DNA of 10,460 bases from a virus (lineage: Duplodnaviria; Heunggongvirae; Uroviricota; Caudoviricetes). The notes beneath the pieces are model-generated. The model had not been told where the DNA came from. It saw nothing but the letters and a program-made list of their open reading frames with translations, and did no database searches. This document shows, one piece after another, positions 1 to 6,586 of the stretch. The stretch lies in the IMG/VR virus record IMGVR_UViG_2585427739_000004; one strand, 5' to 3'. The translations under genes and the position numbers were made by a program. Each line of letters starts with the position of its first letter. Position 1 is the stretch's first letter.

Positions 1-327
1 TTTTACGCGTATGACAGTCTCCGGAAGACGGTTGTTGCGCACGTATTCGGTGAGCGCACTATGGCGACGCTGGGGCGTCTTATGAGCCTGCTGTCACCCT
101 TTGACGTGGTGATATGGATGACGGATGGCTGGCCGCTGTATGAATCCCGCCTGAAGGGAAAGCTGCACGTAATCAGCAAGCGATATACGCAGCGAATTGA
201 GCGGCATAACCTGAATCTGAGGCAGCACCTGGCACGGCTGGGACGGAAGTCGCTGTCGTTCTCAAAATCGGTGGAGCTGCATGACAAAGTCATCGGGCAT
301 TATCTGAACATAAAACACTATCAATAA
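1..327 (+). CDS. insB: IS1 transposase InsB, C-terminal part (partial, start outside window)
   Basis: Frame 1 is open from base 1 and translates [51 protein letters not shown]...HYQ*, matching the recalled IS1 InsB C-terminus. The ORF-track start at 61 is only an internal Met. Confidence 0.9.
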   Translation, partial: FYAYDSLRKTVVAHVFGERTMATLGRLMSLLSPFDVVIWMTDGWPLYESRLKGKLHVISKRYTQRIERHNLNLRQHLARLGRKSLSFSKSVELHDKVIGHYLNIKHYQ

Positions 328-342
328 GTTGGAGTCATTACC
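1..342 (+). mobile_element. IS1: IS1 insertion sequence, 3' portion (5' part lies outside the window)
   Basis: InsB C-terminal reading frame runs 1-327 (...[20 protein letters not shown]). The element ends at 342 with the IS1 terminal inverted repeat (reverse complement of 320-342 = GGTAATGACTCCAACTTATTGAT). Confidence 0.95.
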
Positions 343-470
343 AGGCTCCTGATACAAATAGTTTTCTTCTAACAAATAAAGAATACTTATATGGTAAATT
401 TGGTATAAACGGATGGCAAAAATATGTACGATTCTTACGTGCATTCGTTGATGCGTATAAAAATTCCGAC

Positions 471-896
471 ATGATTTATACATATTTGCCTGGTGGTGAT
501 AATTGTACGCTTTCGGCAGACAATAGAATATTCATACCTATACTTGGTCTTGGGCTGATTAATGCAGTAAATGAAAGAGATGTTATAATTGTTAAGCAGT
601 GGCGAAAGCATGAGGGATATAGATATCTGCCATGCTTTGATATATTAAAAATACAGAATAAATTCTATGTAAAAATTAAATATAAAGAAGATGTTTTCTT
701 CCTCAGAAAAAACAAAGATCTTTTACAAGAACTTTCTGGGACAATAGATGTCATCGTAGGTTCTAGGTTTATAAAAGAACTGAAAGAAAGCAGGTCTTTC
801 TCTCGTGTAGAGATAAGCGAGTCAGAGTTATGGGGTATATCAAATAATCCTGTAAACCACGCTCACCAACGAAATCCAAACAAAAAGTGGTCATAA
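471..896 (+). CDS. hypothetical protein, AT-rich; probably a 3' fragment of a larger gene interrupted by IS1 (frame open back to 343)
   Basis: 141-codon ORF in markedly AT-rich DNA. The same frame has no stop between the IS1 boundary (343) and the ATG at 471, and there is no Shine-Dalgarno before 471. Followed immediately by a stem-loop plus T-tract. No recognisable motif. Confidence 0.5.
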   Translation: MIYTYLPGGDNCTLSADNRIFIPILGLGLINAVNERDVIIVKQWRKHEGYRYLPCFDILKIQNKFYVKIKYKEDVFFLRKNKDLLQELSGTIDVIVGSRFIKELKESRSFSRVEISESELWGISNNPVNHAHQRNPNKKWS

Positions 897-919
897 CCCG
901 CTCAGGCGGGTTTCATTTT
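897..919 (+). terminator. putative rho-independent terminator after the AT-rich ORF
   Basis: CCCGC-TCAG-GCGGG stem-loop (897-910) followed by TTTCATTTT, starting 1 nt after the stop codon. Confidence 0.5.
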
Positions 920-1039
920 CACGCAAACAAAAGAATAAACACTGCACTGTGTATTCATTCCAACGAGTGAATACACGGAGCAATGTCGCTCGTAACTAAA
1001 CAGGAGCCGACTTGTTCTGATTATTGGAAATCTTCTTTG

Positions 1040-1064
1040 CCCTCCAGTGTGAGGGAGATTTTTT
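1040..1064 (+). terminator. weak terminator-like hairpin in the leader upstream of ea10
   Basis: CCCTC-CAGTGT-GAGGG stem-loop, then AGA and a T6 run (1059-1064). The stem is short and a spacer separates it from the T-tract. Confidence 0.3.
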
Positions 1065-1084
1065 ATCTATGAGGATATGAATAG

Positions 1085-1453
1085 ATGTCAAACATCAAAA
1101 AATACATCATTGATTACGACTGGAAAGCATCAATAGAAATTGAAATCGACCATGACGTAATGACAGAGGAAAAACTTCACCAGATTAATAATTTCTGGTC
1201 AGACTCTGAATACCGACTCAATAAACACGGCTCTGTATTAAATGCTGTATTAATCATGCTGGCGCAACATGCTCTGCTTATAGCAATTTCAAGCGACTTA
1301 AATGCATATGGTGTTGTGTGTGAGTTCGACTGGAATGATGGAAATGGTCAGGAAGGATGGCCTCCAATGGATGGTAGCGAAGGAATAAGAATTACCAATA
1401 TCGATACATCAGGAATATTTGATCCAGATGATATGACTATCAAAGCCGCCTGA
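1085..1453 (+). CDS. ea10: lambda Ea10-like protein (122 aa)
   Basis: 122-aa ORF MSNIKKYIIDYDWKASIEIEIDHDV... matches recalled lambda Ea10 in sequence, length and position upstream of cIII. GAGGA Shine-Dalgarno at 1071-1075. Confidence 0.85.
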   Translation: MSNIKKYIIDYDWKASIEIEIDHDVMTEEKLHQINNFWSDSEYRLNKHGSVLNAVLIMLAQHALLIAISSDLNAYGVVCEFDWNDGNGQEGWPPMDGSEGIRITNIDTSGIFDPDDMTIKAA

Positions 1454-1476
1454 GCGCGGCGTTACCGCATACCAAT

Positions 1477-1500
1477 AACGCTTCACTCGAGGCGTTTTTC
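1477..1500 (+). terminator. putative rho-independent terminator between ea10 and cIII
   Basis: AACGCTTC-ACT-GAGGCGTT stem (8 bp with one G-U pair) followed by T5, 24 nt after the ea10 stop. Confidence 0.45.
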
Positions 1501-1525
1501 GTTATGTATAAATAAGGAGCACACC

Positions 1526-1690
1526 ATGCAATATGCCATTGCAGGGTGGCCTGTTGCTGGCTGCCCTTCCGAATCTTTACTTGAACGAATCACCCGTAAA
1601 TTACGTGACGGATGGAAACGCCTTATCGACATACTTAATCAGCCAGGAGTCCCAAAAAATGGATCAAACACTTATGGCTATCCAGACTAA
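1526..1690 (+). CDS. cIII: lambda CIII, FtsH protease inhibitor (54 aa)
   Basis: Manual translation from ATG 1526: [54 protein letters not shown], which is lambda CIII. AAGGAG Shine-Dalgarno at 1514-1519. Not in the ORF track because it is short. Confidence 0.92.
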   Translation: MQYAIAGWPVAGCPSESLLERITRKLRDGWKRLIDILNQPGVPKNGSNTYGYPD

Positions 1691-1802
1691 ATTCACTATC
1701 GCCACTTTTATTGGCGATGAAAAGATGTTTCGTGAGGCCGTCGACGCTTATAAAAAATGGATATTAATACTGAAACTGAGATCAAGCAAAAGCATTCACT
1801 AA
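1659..1802 (+). CDS. kil: lambda Kil, FtsZ-directed host killing protein (47 aa)
   Basis: [47 protein letters not shown] from ATG 1659 overlaps the 3' end of cIII in another frame, as in lambda. The track ORF 1533-1802 is this frame extended upstream. Confidence 0.9.
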   Translation: MDQTLMAIQTKFTIATFIGDEKMFREAVDAYKKWILILKLRSSKSIH

Positions 1803-2173
1803 CCCCCTTCCCTGTTTTCCTAATCAGCCCGGCATTTCGCGGACGATATTTTCACAGCTATTTCAGGAGTTCAGCCATGAGCGCTTATTACATTCAGGAT
1901 CGTCTTGAGGCTCAGAGCTGGGCGCGTCACTACCAGCAGATCGCCCGTGAAGAGAAAGAGGCAGAACTGGCAGACGACATGGAAAAAGGCCTGCCCCAGC
2001 ACCTGTTTGAATCGCTATGCATCGATCATTTGCAACGCCACGGGGCCAGCAAAAAAGCCATTACCCGTGCGTTTGATGACGATGTTGAGTTTCAGGAGCG
2101 CATGGCAGAACACATCCGGTACATGGTTGAAACTATTGCCCGCCACCAGGTTGATATTGATTCAGAGGTATAA
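1757..2173 (+). CDS. gam: lambda Gam, RecBCD inhibitor (138-aa long form; internal Met at 1877 gives the short form)
   Basis: [61 protein letters not shown]...VDIDSEV matches lambda Gam and overlaps the kil 3' end. Confidence 0.95.
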   Translation: MDINTETEIKQKHSLTPFPVFLISPAFRGRYFHSYFRSSAMSAYYIQDRLEAQSWARHYQQIAREEKEAELADDMEKGLPQHLFESLCIDHLQRHGASKKAITRAFDDDVEFQERMAEHIRYMVETIARHQVDIDSEV

Positions 2174-2178
2174 AACGG

Positions 2179-2964
2179 ATGAGTACAGCACTCGCAACGC
2201 TGGCAGGGAGGCTGGCTGAACGTGTCGGCATGGATTCTGTCGACCCACAGGAACTGATCACCACTCTTCGCCAGACGGCATTTAAAGGTGATGCCAGCGA
2301 TGCGCAGTTCATCGCATTGTTGATCGTCGCCAACCAGTACGGCCTTAATCCGTGGACGAAAGAAATTTACGCCTTCCCTGACAAGCAGAACGGCATCGTT
2401 CCGGTGGTGGGCGTTGATGGCTGGTCCCGTATCATCAATGAAAACCAGCAGTTTGATGGCATGGACTTTGAGCAGGACAATGAATCATGTACATGCCGGA
2501 TTTACCGCAAGGACCGTAATCATCCGATCTGCGTTACCGAGTGGATGGATGAATGCCGCCGCGAACCATTCAAAACCCGCGAAGGCAGAGAAATCACCGG
2601 ACCGTGGCAGTCGCATCCCAAACGGATGTTACGGCATAAAGCCATGATTCAGTGTGCCCGTCTGGCCTTCGGATTTGCTGGTATCTATGACAAGGATGAA
2701 GCCGAGCGCATTGTCGAAAATACCGCATACACTGCAGAACGTCAGCCGGAACGCGACATCACTCCGGTTAACGATGAAACCATGCAGGAGATTAACACTA
2801 TGCTGATTGCCCTGGACAAAACATGGGATGACGACTTATTGCCGCTCTGTTCCCAGATATTTCGCCGCGACATTCGCGCATCGTCAGAACTGACACAGGC
2901 CGAAGCAATGAAAGCTCTTGGATTCCTGAAACAGAAAGCCTCTGAACAGAAGGTGGCTGCATGA
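2179..2964 (+). CDS. bet: lambda Bet (Red-beta), single-strand annealing recombinase (261 aa)
   Basis: [65 protein letters not shown]... over full length. Starts 5 nt after the gam stop and shares the ATGA overlap with exo. Confidence 0.97.
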   Translation: MSTALATLAGRLAERVGMDSVDPQELITTLRQTAFKGDASDAQFIALLIVANQYGLNPWTKEIYAFPDKQNGIVPVVGVDGWSRIINENQQFDGMDFEQDNESCTCRIYRKDRNHPICVTEWMDECRREPFKTREGREITGPWQSHPKRMLRHKAMIQCARLAFGFAGIYDKDEAERIVENTAYTAERQPERDITPVNDETMQEINTMLIALDKTWDDDLLPLCSQIFRRDIRASSELTQAEAMKALGFLKQKASEQKVAA

Positions 2965-3641
2965 CACCGGACATTATCCTGCAGCGTACCGGGATCGACG
3001 TGAGAGCTGTCGAACAGGGGGATGATGCATGGCACAAATTACGGCTCGGCGTCATCACCGCTTCAGAAGTTCACAACGTGATAGCAAAGCCCCGCTCAGG
3101 AAAGAAGTGGCCTGACATGAAAATGTCCTACTTCCACACCCTGCTGGCTGAGGTTTGCACCGGTGTGGCTCCGGAAGTTAACGCTAAGGCGCTGGCCTGG
3201 GGAAAACAGTACGAGAACGACGCCAGAACCCTGTTTGAATTCACTTCCGGCGTGAATGTTACTGAATCCCCGATCATCTATCGCGACGAAAATATGCGCA
3301 CTGCCTGCTCTCCCGATGGTTTATGCAGTGACGGCAACGGCCTTGAACTGAAATGCCCGTTTACCTCCCGGGATTTCATGAAATTCCGGCTCGGTGGTTT
3401 CGAGGCAATAAAATCGGCTTACATGGCCCAGGTGCAGTACAGCATGTGGGTGACGCGAAAAGATGCCTGGTACTTTGCCAACTATGACCCGCGCATGAAG
3501 CGTGAAGGCCTGCATTATGTCGTGATTGAGCGGAATGAAAAGTACATGGCGAGTTTTGACGAGATGGTGCCGGAGTTCATCGAAAAAATGGACGAGGCAC
3601 TGGCTGAAATTGGTTTTGTATTTGGGGAGCAATGGCGATGA
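2961..3641 (+). CDS. exo: lambda Exo (Red-alpha), 5'-3' dsDNA exonuclease (226 aa)
   Basis: [40 protein letters not shown]... at full length. Catalytic D119, E129 and K131 are present (SPDG...LELKCP). Confidence 0.97.
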   Translation: MTPDIILQRTGIDVRAVEQGDDAWHKLRLGVITASEVHNVIAKPRSGKKWPDMKMSYFHTLLAEVCTGVAPEVNAKALAWGKQYENDARTLFEFTSGVNVTESPIIYRDENMRTACSPDGLCSDGNGLELKCPFTSRDFMKFRLGGFEAIKSAYMAQVQYSMWVTRKDAWYFANYDPRMKREGLHYVVIERNEKYMASFDEMVPEFIEKMDEALAEIGFVFGEQWR

Positions 3642-3657
3642 CGCATCCTCACGATAA

Positions 3658-4071
3658 TATCCGGGTACCGCCTGTAAAGTGTTGCGTGATCAAATAGGCA
3701 AGCATCACAAATGGGTGTTTGTACATACCAAGGCGGCTAAGCGAGCAGATGGAACATCAACGCCTGCGGTCAGGAAGATGCGCATCGACAGCAAGACATC
3801 ATGGCTATCAGCTTGTCGTCGTGCAGGAATTGAAGATTTCCGTTTCCATGACCTCAGACACACCTGGGCAAGCTGGCTGATTCAGTCAGGCGTCCCATTA
3901 TCAGTGCTTCAGGAAATGGGCGGATGGGAGTCCATAGAAATGGTTCGTAGGTATGCTCACCTTGCGCCTAATCATTTGACAGAGCATGCGAGGAAAATAG
4001 ACGACATTTTTGGTGATAATGTCCCAAATATGTCCCACTCTGGAATTATGGAGGATATAAAGAAGGCGTAA
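3658..4071 (+). pseudogene. C-terminal fragment (about 137 codons) of a prophage tyrosine integrase; N-terminal two-thirds deleted
   Basis: Frame opens at 3658 right after a stop and only 17 bp after exo. Contains the catalytic-domain motifs [10 protein letters not shown] and VRRYAHL (Tyr nucleophile) but no N-terminal or core-binding domain. Ends 15 bp from the 3' end of argU, convergent with it. Confidence 0.8.
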
Positions 4072-4086
4072 CTGATTGAATTGTAA

Positions 4087-4163
4087 TGGCGCGCCCTGCA
4101 GGATTCGAACCTGCGGCCCACGACTTAGAAGGTCGTTGCTCTATCCAACTGAGCTAAGGGCGC
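4087..4163 (-). tRNA. argU: tRNA-Arg, anticodon UCU (reads AGA)
   Basis: Reverse complement folds as a cloverleaf: GCGCCCT acceptor stem, anticodon stem ACGAC/GTCGT with loop CTTCTAA, TTCGAAT T-loop, 3' GCCA. Matches recalled E. coli argU (77 nt). Confidence 0.95.
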
Positions 4164-4189
4164 GTTGATACCGCAATGCGGTGTAATCG

Positions 4190-4225
4190 CGTGAATTATA
4201 CGGTCAACCCTTGCTGAGTCAATGG
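4190..4225 (-). promoter_or_regulatory. putative sigma70 promoter of argU with a GC-rich discriminator
   Basis: On the - strand: TTGACT (4222-4217), 16-nt spacer, TATAAT (4200-4195), then TCACGCG discriminator, about 30 nt upstream of the mature tRNA 5' end. Confidence 0.6.
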
Positions 4226-4405
4226 CTTTTGATCTGGTTGCTGAACAAGTGAACGACCGCGTCTGATTTTCTGATTTATTTCGCTATAGTGGCAAACAAA
4301 CGCACACCGCTGCGCGTCTGAATCAAGAAAACCCGTATTTTCATGTATCAAAGTACAATTTACCGCCCTAACGGAAAATTGTCCGCTCCTATGAGACTGG
4401 TAACT

Positions 4406-5038
4406 ATGAAACCAACGTCGGTGATCATTATGGATACTCATCCTATCATCAGAATGTCTATTGAAGTTCTGTTGCAAAAAAACAGTGAATTGCAGATTGT
4501 CCTGAAAACGGATGATTACCGCATAACCATCGATTATCTCCGAACCCGTCCTGTTGATTTAATCATTATGGATATAGACTTGCCCGGAACAGACGGTTTT
4601 ACCTTCCTGAAAAGGATCAAACAAATCCAGAGCACAGTGAAAGTGTTATTTTTATCATCGAAATCAGAATGCTTTTATGCTGGCAGAGCGATACAAGCTG
4701 GTGCTAACGGTTTTGTCAGTAAATGCAATGATCAGAATGATATTTTTCATGCCGTTCAGATGATCCTCTCCGGATACACGTTTTTTCCTAGCGAAACGCT
4801 TAACTATATAAAAAGCAATAAATGTAGTACGAATAGTTCAACGATCACTGTGCTATCTAATCGTGAAGTGACCATATTACGTTATCTGGTTAGCGGATTA
4901 TCTAATAAAGAAATTGCCGATAAGTTATTACTTAGCAATAAAACAGTTAGTGCGCATAAATCTAATATTTATGGCAAGCTAGGTTTGCATTCAATTGTAG
5001 AGCTTATCGACTACGCCAAATTATACGAATTAATATAA
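4406..5038 (+). CDS. fimZ: LuxR/NarL-family response regulator FimZ (210 aa)
   Basis: MKPTSVIIMDTHPIIRMSIEVLLQKNSELQIVLKTDDYRITIDYLRTRPVDLIIMDIDLPGTDGF... with a receiver domain and C-terminal helix-turn-helix. Matches recalled E. coli FimZ and sits next to argU as in K-12. The track ORF starts 21 codons earlier, which I treat as an extension. Confidence 0.88.
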   Translation: MKPTSVIIMDTHPIIRMSIEVLLQKNSELQIVLKTDDYRITIDYLRTRPVDLIIMDIDLPGTDGFTFLKRIKQIQSTVKVLFLSSKSECFYAGRAIQAGANGFVSKCNDQNDIFHAVQMILSGYTFFPSETLNYIKSNKCSTNSSTITVLSNREVTILRYLVSGLSNKEIADKLLLSNKTVSAHKSNIYGKLGLHSIVELIDYAKLYELI

Positions 5039-5040
5039 TA

Positions 5041-5556
5041 TTAATTATAATTGATCATAAATATCGCATCCGCTTTCGCCACACCTGGCCGAACACCGCT
5101 GGCTAACGCTCGATAATTGGCAAAAAAGTTTAGTGTGACATTGCCATTTGCATCTACTTCCTCAGTCGGGCTCGCCTCCCCCAGTGCGAGCCGGGAGCGA
5201 TCGCTATTACGTAATTCGATGGCGACGGTTTGTGCCATTGCGGGATCATCCAGAGCCAGCAGGTTGGTATCGGATGCCGGCGTTCCCGTAAATAAAATCG
5301 CAACTGAACCCGGAGGACATCCCTCCAGCCGCAGGCTAAAAGGGACGAGTGCCGTGGTATCGCCAGCGTTCAGTAATTGTGTCGTAGGCCATCTGCCTAA
5401 ATCTACCGTCTTATCAATATCCGCTGTGTTTACGGTACAGGAGAAATCAACAACGTTACCGTGCAAATTGATATTAATCGTTCCTAAAGGGTCAGCTGCC
5501 CATCCACTGGAACTCCACAGTAACCCGCAGAAACAGCTAAAGAGTACTCTTCTCAT
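5041..5556 (-). CDS. sfmF: fimbrial-like adhesin/minor subunit SfmF (171 aa)
   Basis: MRRVLFSCFCGLLWSSSGWAADPLGTININ... with signal peptide. GGAGA Shine-Dalgarno 5 nt upstream of the start codon at 5554-5556. The longer 236-aa track ORF overlaps sfmH and is rejected. Confidence 0.85.
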   Translation of the reverse strand: MRRVLFSCFCGLLWSSSGWAADPLGTININLHGNVVDFSCTVNTADIDKTVDLGRWPTTQLLNAGDTTALVPFSLRLEGCPPGSVAILFTGTPASDTNLLALDDPAMAQTVAIELRNSDRSRLALGEASPTEEVDANGNVTLNFFANYRALASGVRPGVAKADAIFMINYN

Positions 5557-5566
5557 TCTCCGTACC

Positions 5567-6574
5567 TCATTGATAATCGACGCGTAAATACCCCAGCGCG
5601 CTAAACGGCCCCTCGGTCGGTTTTTGACCGGTAATACTGATAGGCCAGGCGCGAAGTGTGACATTGGCTGCCGCAGCTGCATCCAGACGGAAAGGAATAA
5701 CGCTATTGAGATCGTTAGGCGTAATCGGCGTATCGTTCTGATCGGCGACAATAAAACCTAAATCCTGATTGTCCGACACCATCGCCTGACCAGAAACGGC
5801 ACTGGCTTCCAGACGCATTGTTAAATAAGCCTGCGCAGCAACATTCGTACATTTGACCGCAATGCTCTTGGTTTGCGGCATGACACCAGCAGGTCGATTA
5901 CCCGGCCCTGCCGCACTAAATAACGATGCGCCGATATCACCAAAATCAAATTCAACAATCTGCCCGGCATTTAATTCGCAGTTTTGCGGTACTTCAACCC
6001 GGCCACCAAAACTAATGGTATAAACAGGTGTAACCAACGGATCGTAAGGCGTTGATGTCACATACACGGTAAACATCACCTGTCTGGGGATCTCCACTAT
6101 GTTAATAAAGGGACGAATAACCTTTAAACGAAATATTAAACGAGAATCCATCACCCCGAATGGAAGGTTTTGCGAAACGTTAGGATCTGTTCCCATCCGA
6201 ATATAATTTTGCGGGGGGAACTGAATATCCATAACACTATCAACCAGACTCATCGCACCTAATAGATAATCATGTAATTGCATATATTTATAATTATCGA
6301 TAGTTTCCTGAACAATAAAGTTGGTGACATAACTACGGTATGTATAATTCACCAGCGTGCCGGGTGGACAAATTGCTGACACACCTACCCAGCCGGATTT
6401 TTCCGGTAAAACAACAATCTGCCCTGGCTGGTTATTGGTGCTATTAAAGACATTTGAGAGATCATAGTGTTCATCTTCTGCTACGCCAGTACTATTTGCA
6501 CAAACAGTAGCCCAGGATATGTTTGTTAACCACAAACATGCCATCGCCAATAATAATCTGCAGATTATCTTCAT
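5567..6574 (-). CDS. sfmH: fimbrial minor subunit SfmH (335 aa as called; alternative start 10 codons downstream)
   Basis: MKIICRLLLAMACLWLTNISWA... signal peptide, sfm operon order. Confidence 0.85.
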   Translation of the reverse strand: MKIICRLLLAMACLWLTNISWATVCANSTGVAEDEHYDLSNVFNSTNNQPGQIVVLPEKSGWVGVSAICPPGTLVNYTYRSYVTNFIVQETIDNYKYMQLHDYLLGAMSLVDSVMDIQFPPQNYIRMGTDPNVSQNLPFGVMDSRLIFRLKVIRPFINIVEIPRQVMFTVYVTSTPYDPLVTPVYTISFGGRVEVPQNCELNAGQIVEFDFGDIGASLFSAAGPGNRPAGVMPQTKSIAVKCTNVAAQAYLTMRLEASAVSGQAMVSDNQDLGFIVADQNDTPITPNDLNSVIPFRLDAAAAANVTLRAWPISITGQKPTEGPFSALGYLRVDYQ

Positions 6575-6586
6575 TGATAATTTCCT

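Noticed and set aside
3-293. 96-aa ORF on the - strand
   Set aside because: Antisense to the IS1 insB coding sequence, which is clearly the real frame. Shadow ORF.
262-483. 73-aa ORF on the - strand spanning the IS1 boundary
   Set aside because: Crosses the IS1 terminus into unrelated AT-rich DNA and has low-complexity composition. Chance ORF.
1533-1802. 89-aa track ORF
   Set aside because: This is the kil frame extended upstream to a non-native start. The real genes are cIII (1526-1690, another frame) and kil (1659-1802).
1905-2333. Track ORFs 1905-2219 (+) and 2133-2333 (-)
   Set aside because: Alternative-frame and antisense ORFs inside gam and bet, whose frames match lambda proteins over full length.
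2414-3632. Track ORFs 2414-2647 (+), 2742-3035 (-), 2798-3058 (-) and 3321-3632 (-)
   Set aside because: Embedded in or antisense to bet and exo. No independent support.
4343-4405. 21-codon N-terminal extension of fimZ in the track ORF
   Set aside because: The recalled FimZ starts at MKPTSV (4406) and a receiver domain does not need the extension. Kept as an alternative start only.
4196-4477. 93-aa ORF on the - strand
   Set aside because: Overlaps the argU promoter and the 5' end of fimZ on the opposite strand. Unlikely to be real.
5117-5751. 156-aa + strand ORF and the 236-aa long form of sfmF
   Set aside because: The + ORF is antisense to sfmF. The long sfmF form would overlap sfmH by about 185 nt, whereas the internal ATG at 5556 has a GGAGA Shine-Dalgarno and yields a normal signal peptide.
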